Positions 41,064-53,908 of a stretch of DNA of 64,000 bases are shown piece after piece (the first letter of the stretch is position 1; every line of letters begins with the position of its first letter). The position numbers and the translations under genes were made by a program. Where the stretch lies: positions 59,334,001 to 59,398,000 of the forward strand of contig NC_043006.1 in NCBI RefSeq assembly GCF_006345805.1, given 5' to 3'. A model generated the notes under the pieces. It ran no database searches and was not told where the DNA came from. It saw only the letters and a list, made by a program, of their open reading frames with translations. Origin of the DNA: Octopus sinensis. Its lineage: Eukaryota.

Positions 41064-41205
41064 GTATTTATGGATGTCTATCGCCCACTGATATGAATGC
41101 CAATCGAATTAAGACAAACGTACGTTCAGGCGTTTCTCTGTACTTTTGTATCCGCTTCTGTAAGATTCGAATCTTCAGCTTCGCCGTTTTTAATGAATCT
41201 GCCAA
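41064..41205 (+). CDS. WSC gene exon: WSC2 first half (phase 1-2)
   Basis: ttttgcatgatag|...|gtaagt; IYGCLSPTDMNANRIKTNVRSGVSLYFCIRFCKIRIFSFAVFNESA. Confidence 0.78.
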
Positions 41206-41796
41206 GTAAGTTTGATTTCTTATGTGATTATTTTAACATCTGTTGTCGCTCTACTATCATACCTCCGGTGTTACGTCAACGAATCTAATTCTCAAGCATT
41301 TCCTCCAAATATTTATTAGAAATTGTGATATTAGCATCATTCCTGTCATGACTGAAGCAATTGAAACAGAAACACTGCGATCTTATTAATCACGAATTTA
41401 CCAGAAATATTAATGCGATTAGGTAACGAGAAGGCAACTTAAGTTTATAGTTTATGTTAGGTATGTAACTTTAGTTAATAGCTTTAATATTAGTGAAAAC
41501 AGCATATTGGCTGGTCAGTTGTGATGTATCACATGACGAATATCATCGTCATTTTAATGTCTAATTTTTCTATGCTCTAATGGGTATGACAGAATTCGTG
41601 GACACAAATTTCTCTAGTCTCTCTGTTTCTGGGTAAGAAAATATTTCCCCAATGCCTGAATAATGTTTCCATGGAGAATTTGAAACGTAATACAGCTTAT
41701 GTGACGGCGAAAGTCGTTTACAACTGTCATGTGACCTCAAGACAACTAACACGCATATCCAAACACATCCGTATTTATGTACATGCATATGCATTC

Positions 41797-41831
<35 letters not shown>

Positions 41832-41835
41832 ATAT

Positions 41836-42162
41836 AATCAAAATAAGCAACAAGGATATCCAGAGGTAATGCAGTACGTTCGTTTCAAGCAACTACATTT
41901 AACTGAACAATGCAATCATGCAATCATTTCATCAAGTCTAAGCTGAAGTGAAGACAGCATGTTCTTACCTTCTTGAAGATTTTAGGTAAAATTATACTAA
42001 TGTATCCATCTGTTTTAATTTTATTAAATTCTATGTCTTTATGCAGCTTAGGATTGCTCTGCATTTAAATCGATGAAATGATTGCATTGTTTAATTAAAT
42101 GGAATTGCTTGAAACGTTCGTACTACATTACCTATGGATATCCCTGTTGCTTATTTTGATTT
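41836..42162. repeat. Inverted-arm element with decayed hammerhead parts
   Basis: Arms of about 85 bp. The right part reads ATGCAG-CTTAGGA...GAAAC-GTTC-GTA-CTACAT. Confidence 0.7.
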
Positions 42163-42793
42163 TTATCATCTTATTTTGAAATTGTATGGACTCAACTCAA
42201 GTACCATATTCATCTGAATCTATATATATATATACATATATTCATACATGCATACATACATACATACATACATACATACATACATACATACATACATACA
42301 TACATACATACATACATACATACATAGAGCGATAGGTCTGTCCATGTTCGAATGTACACAAACGTATTAGATATTATCGTGCATGCATATATTGTATTCA
42401 ACGCAGCTTCGTACGAGTTTATTTCATTTATGTGGGTATGTGTATATGTGTTTATATGTATGTAAGTGTAGGGATATATACATACACTTACATACACATA
42501 TACACGCACGCAGACATATGTATACATGCATATGAGTCTGTTAATTTTACATGTATGTGTATCGTGTTTGCCCGTGTTTGTTTATATGTATATGTGTATT
42601 GCATATATTTTGATATGTATGTGAGTTTCTATATGGAGGTACTTCAAGTTCTTGTCTATATCGTACCCGGTATTATTCTAGTTTTAATTCCTATCAATTC
42701 TCTACAATTATTTTTATTATTTTAATTTCAAATTTCGGTCCGTTTCATTTTTAATAAATTTAATTTTAAACTTATTTAAACTTAATCTTTCAG

Positions 42794-42888
42794 ATTGTGT
42801 TCTTGCATGAATACTGCCAAATTTTTGGTGAAATGTAGATATCAAAAAACCGATGCCAACGTGTACAAAACGACTTATCATGAGAATG
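42794..42888 (+). CDS. WSC gene exon: WSC2 second half (phase 2-1; alternative phase-0 donor after 42893)
   Basis: cttaatctttcag|...; LCSCMNTAKFLVKCRYQKTDANVYKTTYHEN. Confidence 0.72.
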
Positions 42889-43291
42889 GTACGGTAAGAG
42901 ATTAGATTTATAGGAACTCTAATATATATTTCTTTCTGTCAAATGATATACTTTACTTTGTCTCTTCGGACCACATTCACAGTTCTGTATGTAATATAGT
43001 AGTGAAAGCATTAACTGGAAGTATTATCTCATATTATTATAGACATGTTATTGTTTCACTTTTGACCCGTAATACTGAAATGGCGTATAAGATAAGAGAT
43101 TGCTCCGGGCTCGCATTAGGCAAGAAGTGGAAAATTGTTTTGGCCCATGCCACTGCATGGACCCTAAGTATGGCATGTGTAAAATTTGAATGAAATCAGT
43201 TCGGTAGTTCTTTAGTTTTAGTGATGCGCATATACAGACACCCCACCACAGACATTCTGTTATATATATATATATATATTATATATATATA

Positions 43292-43353
<62 letters not shown>

Positions 43354-43380
43354 CATATATATATAATATATATATATATA

Positions 43381-44252
43381 CATTGTCTGATCAATAAGTA
43401 TCCAGATTGTTGCTATAGTAACGAAGTTAAAGCACGCAGAGTGAAGTCGCTTGGTAACATTGACCTTGACCTCTGTTGTGTATGCGCACTAAGGTTTAAC
43501 GTTCTAGCTTACTTCCGCTGTTTACAGCAGTGCTTGCAAGGAAGGTGGGTAGCGTTTCATCGTCGTATTGACCATGACAGAGAAGCTTGAGCAGAGAATC
43601 CGCATTAAATTTTGCCAAAAACTTGGCGATACCTGCTGAGAGTCCTACACAAAGGTTTTCAAAAATTTTCATCATTCTCGACACAATCAAGAACTTGTGA
43701 AACTGTCTTTTAGGTCATCTAAAAGCAGTTTTGGCCCAAACTTGGCATACACGCATCACATTACCCAATGACAATGGACTGGACTGAAGTGAAACTAACC
43801 TGCACATCCTCTGATAACTCACGGATGATGATTCAACAATTTCCCCTTACAGCTACACGCACATCTGCAATTTTTTTTCAGTTCGGCTGCTAGCGGCTCT
43901 CCCAGATCGTTCGTCAATATCGACATTTTTTCGGCCATCTCAAAAGAGTCTAAACCACTCGTACACTTGTGTGCGCCTCATACACTCCTCTCTATACACT
44001 TTCTGCACCTTTGCGTAGCCCTCTGAACAGGTATCGCCATGACAATTTTCTCTGTAATGATCAATGCAACGATCACATGCTACACACCTTCCTTCCAAGC
44101 ACTGCTGTAAACAGCGAAAGTGAGCTAGAATGTTAAAGCTTCGTGCACATGCACAGCAGTGTTTAAGGTCAATCTTTACCAAGCTGCTTCACTCTGCTTT
44201 AGCTTCGTTACTATGGGTACAGAGTCTGGATACTTAATGATCAGAGCTCGTG
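43381..44252. mobile_element. Fold-back mariner made of two inverted 5' ends
   Basis: Arms of about 270 bp. The + arm encodes MTEKLEQRIRIKFCQKLGDTC; the - arm encodes GDTCSEGYAKVQKVYREECMRRTQVYEWFR..DERSGR. An extra TIR copy lies at 44561-44643. Confidence 0.9.
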
Positions 44253-44297
44253 TTATATATATATATATATATTATAATATATATATAGATATATAAT

Positions 44298-44328
<31 letters not shown>

Positions 44329-44981
44329 TATATGTATTATATATATGTATGTATAAGTATGTATATATATATATATATCATATATATGTAACGTATGCAT
44401 GTATATATGTATGTATGTATGTTATGTATATGTATGTATATATATATATATCTATATAATATATATATATATATGTATGGTATATATAATATATATATAT
44501 ATATATATCTATATATATATATTATATATATATATATATTATATATATATATACATATATACGAGCTCTGATCAATAAGTGTCCGAACTCTGCTCACATT
44601 AATAAAGCTGAAGCAGAGTGAATCCGCTGGTAAAGATTAACTTAGATATATAATAATGAAAAGGTGTAGATAGTCTCTAACAACTGTTTCTACAATATCC
44701 AAACTAGACATATATTATTCAAGCGGATAGATACCGCAGTACCTTTCAGTTATGTTCCGGGTTATGGTAACAGCATCGAATAGTATTTAGCGTCCATGTC
44801 TACGAGGCGTTGCCACTCACACTGTAAATTCCTACGATGAATAATTTCGTGTTCGTTCACTGCATGGTTAATATTTTCTGGAGTGTATGTTAGCAATAAT
44901 TATAACGTTAGAGAATATGGAGTCTGGTACATTATCAAATTCTTTTCTTTTTATTTTACAAATAAAAAAGACTCTGTGACA

Positions 44982-45329
44982 TCTCTATATATATATAAAG
45001 CTGAAGTTGTCTGTGTATGGCAGGTTTGGTAGCCTTCAACTAACACTATCTCCTCCGAGACCCTACGGCGCAAGTTGACCAAAATTGAGAGTATGTTAAC
45101 ACCAAAAATTATTTACATCAAAAAGGTGCTTTTTTTTTCTATGAAAATCCCTATATTTTACGATTCTTTTGACTGCCGTGTCGCCAGTTTTCGGTGTATT
45201 TCAACCAGAAAAATGTTCGCCCAAATAGAATAACAAGCTACATAATGCAAAATATTTACTTTTCAAAAATTCCAATTCTAAAGGGTCGAAAAGAAAACAA
45301 GCCCGAGCAACGGTAGGCTATACTGCTAG
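44982..45329 (+). mobile_element. Non-autonomous Helitron
   Basis: A|TCTCTATATATATATAAAG ... GCCCGAGCAACGGTAGGC-TATACTG-CTAG|T. Confidence 0.85.
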
Positions 45330-45467
45330 TTGTAAAATAAAAGGAAATAAATTTTGTGGATGTACCATTCTCCATATTCTCTATCGTTATAATTATTGCT
45401 ACTATAATATGATTATTGCTAAGATATATATACTTATATATTACATATATATGTGTGTGTGTGTGAA

Positions 45468-45780
45468 GGCGCATGGCTCAGAGGTTAGGGCGTCGAGCTT
45501 ACGATCGTGAGGTTGTGAGCTCGAATCCTGAACCGCGCTGCGTATTGTGTTCTTGAGCAAGACACTTAATTTCACGTTGCTCCAGTTCACTCAGGTGTAG
45601 AAATGAGTTGTGATGTCACAGGTGCCAAGCTTGGATAAAACTGGTGGCGTGGAAAGGGGAGGCCGGTATGCATGGGCGACTGCTGGTCTTCCATAAACAA
45701 CCTTGCCCGGACTTGTGCCTGGGAGGGTAACTTTCTAGGTGCAAACCCATGATCTGTGTCGTGATCGAAGGGGATCTCAG
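45468..45780 (+). mobile_element. tRNA-derived CORE-type SINE (family D)
   Basis: GGCGCATGGCTCAGAGGTTAGGGCG..CTCGAATCC, then TTGTGTTCTTGAGCAAGACACTT. Confidence 0.8.
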
Positions 45781-45781
45781 A

Positions 45782-45814
<33 letters not shown>

Positions 45815-45826
45815 ATATTATATATA

Positions 45827-45874
<48 letters not shown>

Positions 45875-46153
45875 GTGTGTGTGTGTGTGAGCTATTATTG
45901 TCAGACTGATTGATACCGAAGACGCTCAGGATATAGCTATATCCTATATCCTTTATTGAATGTTACTGGTCGCTTATTGCTATCTAAAAGGCTCTGTAGC
46001 AAAATGTCCCCAATAGGCGACTACTACAATCTATCTACCTTTCTATCCCTCTCCTTTTACTTTCTCTGTCATATATATACGAGTGTGTGATACATATACA
46101 CACACCACACACACACCACACACACACAATGCATGTATGTATGAGTATATATA

Positions 46154-46215
<62 letters not shown>

Positions 46216-46217
46216 TT

Positions 46218-46595
46218 TACTTATTTACTTGTTTCAGTCATTTGACTGTGGCCATGCTGGACTTATTCTTTGTAAGCCTAGTACTTATTCTATCGGTCTC
46301 TTTTGCCGAACTGCTATGTTACGGGGACGTAAACACACCAGCATCGGTTGTCAAGCGATGTTGGGGGCGGACAAACACAACGCACAAACATACACATATA
46401 TATACATATATCCGACGGGCTTCTTTCAGTTTCCATCCACCAAATTCACTCACAAGGCTTTGGCTGGCCCAAGGCTATAGTAGAAGACACTTGCCCAAGG
46501 TACCACGCAGTGAGACTGAACCCGGAACCATGTGGTTCGTAAGCAAGCTACTTACCACACAGCCACTCCTACTCCTCTTACCACACAGCCACTCC
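46218..46595 (-). mobile_element. SINE family A with duplicated head
   Basis: CTTACCACACAGCCACTCCT occurs twice. Confidence 0.9.
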
Positions 46596-47038
46596 TATAT
46601 AAAATCTATTCGCCCTTTTTTAAGTCTCAAATAAAAGAGACGCATACTTATTTCCTATAATGTTGAGAAAAGAGACATTGAAATGGTGCATATATAAACT
46701 ATGCAAACCTTTTCTCTGCGTCGCCATGATCTTCCATAGACATTTTAGTTTTATTACTGCAGATAATACTCCCCACACATTCACACACACACATACGTTA
46801 GCGTTAGAATGTTGAAAATATCTTTTAAACTCTCAAAACTTATCACCAAAGCAATTCACAGGGAAATATTTCAGTAACAGAGTATTATAAATGCAATATT
46901 ACTATTATGTTTCGTTGACTTCAATAAATGTAAAGAAATATATATTGTCTGTTCATATGTTAAAAAATAATATGAAACAACTGAATTGTAAGTCGTTTGC
47001 CATTGCGTTAAATAGTTTCATGATTTTCCTCTTTGTAG

Positions 47039-47165
47039 TTAACGTCGGTTGCTTTTCGCTCAGTTCCGTCTCTATTAGGAAACAGAAGGAAATAACTGAC
47101 ATAATTTACCTCGCAGACTGTGCGCTTTACTGCCGTAAATATAAATATTACGGATATTCTGTCAA
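47039..47165 (+). CDS. WSC gene exon: WSC3 first half (phase 1-2)
   Basis: ttttcctctttgtag|...|gtaagg; NVGCFSLSSVSIRKQKEITDIIYLADCALYCRKYKYYGYSV. Confidence 0.83.
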
Positions 47166-47414
47166 GTAAGGGAACAATTATATTTACTTCATATTATTTT
47201 CTAAAACGAGCATTTCATTGATTTCATAAAGCTTTGAATTATTTCATTTGTCAGGTTCTATTTTGGTGAGTAATGCTTTATGCTGTATAAGACAGAACAC
47301 GATCTTTAATCTCGTTTAATATTTGAGCATACAAACTGCTTCCGCACCCTAGATAAATTGATTTCTTTCTATGCATGTCTTCAAGCAGCTTTAGAAAACC
47401 ATAACCATCATATA

Positions 47415-47630
47415 CGAAGGGGTGCTGAAAAGTTCCTGGCTTTGCGTGAAAGAAAATACAGGAGTTTCAATTTACTGACTTTTTTTTTTTTCCAAGATAT
47501 TACCCGCTCAGATTCACACATTTATTGCAGTGGTCGTTCAGTTTTCTAAGCCCTGTAAAAGAAATCGGAAGGCTGGGTCTCCAGACGTTCACGATATCCT
47601 TAAAGCCAGGAATATTTCGGCACCGCCTCG
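47415..47630. mobile_element. mariner-type MITE with TA target duplication
   Basis: TA|CGAAGGGGTGCTGAAAAGTTCCTGGCTTT ... AAAGCCAGGAATATTTCGGCACCGCCTCG|TA. Confidence 0.85.
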
Positions 47631-47782
47631 TAATTTATTTCCATCTACACCCAAAATATCATTGAATTGTGCTATCTCTTGATTTTCTTCCACTGTATTT
47701 TTTTCTTTACTTTCTGGAAAACCAACCATTCATGCACCCTGATACATTATTCTGTTCTCAGATGTGACCGATTGACTACAAA

Positions 47783-48005
47783 GTATGTATGTATGTATGT
47801 ATGTATGTATGTATGTATGTATGTATGTATGTATGTATGTATGTATGTATGTATGTATGTATGAATGCATGTATGTATGTATGTATGAATGCATGTATGT
47901 ATGTATGTATGTATGTATGTATGTATGTATGTATGTATGTATGTATGTATGTATGAATGCATGTATGTATGTATGTATGTATGTATGTATGTATGTATGT
48001 ATGTA
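47783..48005. repeat. (TGTA)n array
   Basis: Directly visible. Confidence 0.95.
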
Positions 48006-48319
48006 TTTCAGGCGTAAAGACCCATCTTCAGAAGAAAAACAGTCTAGGAAATGTCCAGTTGTGCAGGTTCCGTTAACCCATTCTAAGTTGGTTTTACAAT
48101 CATGAAGCCAAGGGTTCAAACCCACTGTGCGATACCTTGGTCAAATGTATTCTACCATAGTCTCTAGTTGATCAAGCTTTGTGATTGACACTGGACGTAC
48201 AGAAACTGAACTGTATGTATGTGTATTTCAAAGGGCCCAGTCTTGTTACTCTCAGCTTCATACAAAGCCTTACTGAGGAATATATTAACTGGAGAGGTAT
48301 TTGTAGAAATTTTTTGATT

Positions 48320-49250
48320 TTTTTTTTTTATGGCAATCCCTCAATGTCGAGGATGATGGTCTTCGCGCAAATTTACTGGTGAGTCCGTAGGTGACCGATA
48401 AGATCAATTCTTGCTTGAAAAGATCGGTCGCAGTGCGGACATCTAGTGCCGGAAGGGAGAATCGCACGTGGTTGTTGTTGGCGCTCCTTCCGTCGTCGTC
48501 TTTTCTCCTCCAGCTCTGCAGACCTTTTCGACTCGAAAGTCGCCGTTCCCTCATGGATGGTAGTTTTCCAGAGTGGTCTGTTTTTTGCCGTTTCCTCCCA
48601 GTTAGTGAAGTCGATGTCACACTTTTTGAGGTTTGTTTTCAGGGAGTCCTTGTAGCGTTTCTTCTGGCTTCCTTTTGTACTCTTGCCGTCTTTGAGTTGG
48701 GAGTAGAAAATCTGTTTGGGAAGTCGTTCGTCAGTCATTCTAACCACGTGGCCGCTCCATCTTAGTTGGCCTTTGATGACATAGGCTTCGATACTGGTCG
48801 TTTTTGCTTCTTGTAGCACGCTGACGTTAGTTCTTCTGTCTTCCCAGCTGATGTTAAGGATCTTCCGAAGACAGCGTTATGAAATTTCTCGAGCGTTTTC
48901 AGGTGGTGACTATACGGGGTCCAGGTTTCGGATGCGTAAAGGAGGGTTGGAATAATGACTGCCCTGTACACCATGAGTTTGGTTTCGGTTCGGATGTCCC
49001 GATCAGCAAAAACTCTTGTTCGAAGCTTGCCGAAAGTTGTTGCTGCACACCTCAGACGGTGTTGAATTTCATCGCTGAGGTCTACCTTTGCTGACAGATG
49101 GCTCCCAAGGTAGCAGAAATAGTTCACATTTTCCAGTGGAATTCCTTCGAGTTGAATCGATGGCGGGTTGTCAACACGGGCATTGGGAAGAGGTTGGTAG
49201 AGTAAGTGAGTCTTCTTTATGTTGATGCTCAGTCCAAGTTTAGTATATGC
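48320..49250 (-). mobile_element. RTE LINE 3' fragment (one frameshift)
   Basis: LGLSINIKKT..YFCYLGS..TKLMVYRAVIIPTLLYASETW..QLRWSGHVVRMTDERLPKQIFYSQL..CPHCDRSF..HLRTH, then an A-rich tail. Confidence 0.95.
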
Positions 49251-49567
49251 ATAATTATAAATTAATTAGGCAAAATATACTGATAGAATAAATACCAGGC
49301 TTAAGAACAAAATAAGTTGATTTCTTCGTTTAAAACACTTCGAGGGAAGTGCCCAGCATGGTCACAGCCAAATGACTGGATTGTATGACTGAATCCTGTG
49401 CTGGATTTTATGTGGTTATGCAGTCTTGTATATTTACATGGTAGGTAAGCTTTCTAGTAATAGTAGCCATCTTCAAAGCATAACCAACTGTCATTGAAAA
49501 GAGCGCAGTCATAACGAGGTCTTCGTTTTCTGGAACCATTCGTCATTGTTCTGCTACATTACAGGTG

Positions 49568-49961
49568 TGGAAGCGCAATGGCCCAGTGGTTAGGGCAGCG
49601 GACTCACGGTGGTAGGATCGCGGTTTCGATTCCCAGACCGGGCGTTGTGAGTGTTTATTGAGCGAAAACACCTAAAAGCTCCACGAGGCTCCGGCAGGGG
49701 ATGGTGGTGAACCCTGCTGTACTCTTTCACCACAACATTCTCTCACACTTTCTTCCTGTTTCTGTTGTACCTGTATTTTTAAGGGCCGGCCTTGTCACTC
49801 TCTGTGTCACGCTGAATATCCCCGAGAACTACGTTAAGGGTACACGTGTCTGTGGAGTGCTCAGCCACTTACACGTTAATTTCACGAGCAGGCCGTTCCG
49901 TTGATCGGATCAACCGGAACCCTCGTCGTCGTAACCGACGGAGTGCTTCCAAAAAGAAAAA
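49568..49961 (+). mobile_element. SINE family C with 12-bp TSD
   Basis: TSD ACATTACAGGTG at 49556-49567 and 49962-49973. Confidence 0.95.
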
Positions 49962-50025
49962 ACATTACAGGTGAACTAGGGCTAAACTTCAAGCAACAGC
50001 TGCAACAAAGCCCGACCTTCTGGAA

Positions 50026-50686
50026 ATGTATGTATGTATGTATGTATGTATGTATGTATGTATGTATGTATGTATGTATGTATGTATGTATGTATGTATG
50101 TATGTATGTATGTATGTATGTATGTATGTATGTATTATGTATGTATGTATGTATGTATGTATGTATGTATGTATGTATGTATGTATGTATGTATGTATGT
50201 ATGTATGTGTGTATGTATGTATGTATGTATGTATGTATGTATGTATGTATGTATGTATGTATGTATGTATGTATGTATGTATGTATGTAGTATGTATGTA
50301 TGTATGTATGTATGTATGTATGTATGTACGTACGTACGTACGTACGTACGTACGTACGTACGTACGTACGTACGTACGTACGTACGTACGTACGTACGTA
50401 CGTACGTACGTACGTATGTATGTATGTATGCATGTGTGTATGTATGCATGTGTGTATGTATGTATGTGTGCATGCATGTATGTATGTATGTATGCATGTA
50501 TGTATGCATGTGTGTATGTATGTATGTATGTATGTATGTATGTACGTACGTACGTACGTATGTACGTATGTATGTATGTATGTATGTATGTATGCATGTG
50601 TGCATGTATGTATGTATGCATGTATGTATGTATGTATGTATGTATGAATGCATGTATGTATGCATGTGTGTATGTATGTATGTATG

Positions 50687-50720
<34 letters not shown>

Positions 50721-50745
50721 TGTATGTATGTATGTATGTATGTAT
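50026..50745. repeat. About 720-bp (TATG)n array with an internal (TACG)n block
   Basis: Directly visible. Confidence 0.95.
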
Positions 50746-51074
50746 TATATATTTCAGGCGTAAAGGCCCATCTTCAGAAGAAAAGACAGTCTAGGAAATG
50801 TTCAGTTGTGCAGGTTCCGGTAACCCATTCAAATCCCTTAGCGTTATGCACGCATGTATGTGTGTATGTTTTATGTATGTGTCTCTGTGTGTGCTTGTGT
50901 GTGTGTGGATGTGTGTGTGTGTGTGTATGCGTATGTGTGTATGTGCGTGTGTGTGTGTGTACACATAAGAGAAATCATATTAGAATAAATAAAATATGTC
51001 ATTGGTGAATACGCCATTTTTATGGCAGCGTGTGTGGGCTAGTGTTTATACGTGTGTATGTGTTGCGAGTGTGC

Positions 51075-51114
<40 letters not shown>

Positions 51115-51725
51115 GAGCTGAGCATCCGTAATTAACCGGCATTTTACACACATTAATTACGACAAACAATTTTCTAAATTGAGTATTATTACTTTAGACT
51201 ATAGTGAAATTACGCACATACACATATACACTCATTTAATGACTGTTAATAATTAACCTGTATTCTAATTATGGAATATATTTCTAATGAGTCTTCATTG
51301 CAAGAATTGTAAGTAATTAAAATATCTTGTAATTATCAACTTGGAATATAAAAATCTACTATATTCAGCATTTATTGATACTTACTAATTAACCAAAATT
51401 GTAACGTATTTTTATGTAGTAGTGATTAACATACCTTTCAAATATTGAGTGTAATTAACTTAAGGTTAGCGAACATTTCGCAGAGCACTCATTCTGTCAC
51501 TGACGCGCTAGTTTAAATAGAACAGAATAGAGACAGTTGATGTATTTGCGTGTAAAGACCAAGTGTAATCTTTGCTAGTAGATTAAAGCTTTATTCTTAA
51601 GTTAATCTTAATGCTTTCGTATTAATGCTTTCGTTCACTGTAGGAAGAGGTTTTTGCTTTTGGCAAGGTTGGTTCTAACATTTTGAAACTAGTAATATTA
51701 ACTGGGAATATTATTATTATTATTA

Positions 51726-51770
<45 letters not shown>

Positions 51771-51771
51771 C

Positions 51772-52010
51772 ATTCAGTAGTTTTATTTTTATAACGTACT
51801 TTCACTTCACTACCGAGCGCAGCTCTGTATGCGTTTGGTATGTGCTGTGATTTGTTGTGATTTTCAGTATGTTATATGTGTTTGTAAGTCCTGGTGTTTT
51901 TGTTGTGTATGTGTCTGAATATTTTTTTATCATGCCTAATGCACCTACTATGATTGGAATTGTTTCTGTTTTTAGATTCGTTTTTAGATTCTGTTTTTAG
52001 ATTCGTTTCT
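51772..52010 (-). mobile_element. Short, internally deleted 3' copy of a Dong-like LINE in (TTA)n
   Basis: Matches 52096-52365. Confidence 0.85.
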
Positions 52011-52011
52011 G

Positions 52012-52063
<52 letters not shown>

Positions 52064-52095
52064 TATCATCATTATTATTATTATTATTATTATTA

Positions 52096-52982
52096 TTCAG
52101 TAGTTTTATTTTTATAGCGTGCTTTCACTTCACTACCGAGCGCAGCTCTGTGTGCCTTGGGTATGTGCTGTGATTTGTTGTGATGCTCTGATGGTTATTG
52201 TATGGAAAGTGTTGCTGCGTAGGATGTGTGCAGGCCTAGTAGTGCAATTTTCTGTATGTTATATGTGTTTGTAAGTCCTGGTGTTTTTTTATGTATTTGT
52301 CTGAATATTTTTTTATCATGCCTAATGCACCTACTATGATAGGAATTGTTTCTGTTTTCAGATTCCACATTCTAGTTACCTCTATTTCCAGGTCTTTGTA
52401 TTTTGAGAGTTTCTCCATTTCTTTTAGAGACACGTTGTCATCTGCCGGTATTGATACATCAATTAGAAAGCATTTTTTTCTTCGTGATCTCTGACAACTA
52501 TATCTGGTCTGTTGGCCTTAATTTCTCTCTCTGTGTGTATCGGCATATCCCAGAGTATGGTTGCTTTCTCGTTTTCTGTGACCTTTTCTGGGTGTGTGCC
52601 TATACCATCTTTTTTCTGTTGTTATTCCATAATGTTGGCATAGCTTCCAATGTATGTAGGTTCCAACTCTGTCATGTCTGTGAATATATTCCTTCTTAGC
52701 CAGGACTGGGCAGCTAGAGATAATATGATTTATTGTTTCTTGTTCATCTCCCATATTCTGCAGTTACTTGTAATATTTCTTTTCATTATATGTTTTGGTA
52801 ATTTCTGGTGGGGAGGCTTTGGTCTTGTGCTGCAATTAAAAATCCCTCTGTTTCTGCTTTGAGTCCTGAGCTTCTCAACCATTGCTGGGATTTTTCTTTG
52901 TCTATTTCTTTTGGGTTTAGTTTAGTGCAGTATTTACCATGAAGGGGCTTTTCTTGCCATCGTTTTATCATGGTTCGTTGCT
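52096..52982 (-). mobile_element. R4/Dong-like LINE 3' region: CCHC knuckle and PD-(D/E)xK endonuclease
   Basis: LHGKY..WLRSSGLKAETEGFLIAAQDQSL..ETINHIISSC..RHD..RPDIVV..LIDVSIP..EKLSKYKDL..PIIVGALG; (TTA)n on both sides. Confidence 0.93.
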
Positions 52983-53099
52983 TATTATTATTATTATTAT
53001 TATTATTTTATTATTATTATTATTATTATTATTATCAGTATTATTATTATTATTATTATTGTTTGACGAAAGCTCTCAGCTTATTTTGCTGGGTATGAT

Positions 53100-53643
53100 G
53101 AAAGGTGTCAGCTGTCTGCAGCCAGAAGACTAAGGTGACATTTGTTTACTAGACATGCTTCAAAAACCCTGCGAAGAATTCTTGCAGTTCCAAGCAATGC
53201 CGATTTTTGTATGTGTTCTTTTTTTTACATTTGTACCAATCTTTTTCAGTCATGCTGGTAGTTGAGTGCTGATACTTCCAAGTGCACTATTGGTATCACG
53301 TCTACTCACTTCATTGACCACAACCTTCGTATTTCCCACTTCAAATCGTCGAAGTCGTTCAGTTTTTCTCCTTTTTCTTTGATTTTGTTGTCACCGGGGC
53401 ATATCATGCAAGTTCTGTTTTTTTATTCACCACAACAACGTCCGGCTTTCGATGTCTGATCCGGTGATCGCACTGAATCATTGCATCCTACAGAATTTTG
53501 CAATCTTCGTTCTCTGTGATTCCTTCTATGGTTTGGTCATACTACGTCTTTGCTCTTTGTAGGCCGTGATTTCCACAGAGCTCCCAATGAATCATCCTTG
53601 CCACATTGTCACGGCGTCTTTCGTTATTGTATTGAACCAATGC
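53100..53643 (-). mobile_element. Second RLE LINE family, 3' fragment
   Basis: RRDNVARMIHWELCG..HRKPDVVV..DLKWEIRRLW..IQKSALLGTARILRRVF. Confidence 0.85.
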
Positions 53644-53644
53644 G

Positions 53645-53681
<37 letters not shown>

Positions 53682-53908
53682 ACTCCAAGAAAGTTAGAGG
53701 TTGTGAATCCAACCCACTGTGTATATCCAAAATTTCTTCACATAGCTTGATTAACAATTCACTATGAACTATATATGAACAAGCACATATTCTGTAAGTT
53801 CAAGACCTTTCATCGGATCTCCAGGAGTCGAACTTTCTTCAATGCAGTTAAACTCACACCCTCATTTGTATCTACCCCTTTTGATGTTTGGGAATCTCTG
53901 ATGTTTTT

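Noticed and set aside
46083-46634. Recurring ORFs such as RRASFSFRLPNPLTRLWSARGYSRRHLPK
   Set aside because: Antisense read-through of SINE family A
49568-49640. tRNA-like sequences with A/B boxes
   Set aside because: They are SINE heads continuing into SINE bodies with TSDs, with no proper acceptor stem
49882-51008. Long ORFs (up to 324 aa) of MYVC/HTYI/YI repeats here and throughout the window
   Set aside because: Stop-free translations of (TATG)n, (TA)n and (TG)n microsatellites, not genes
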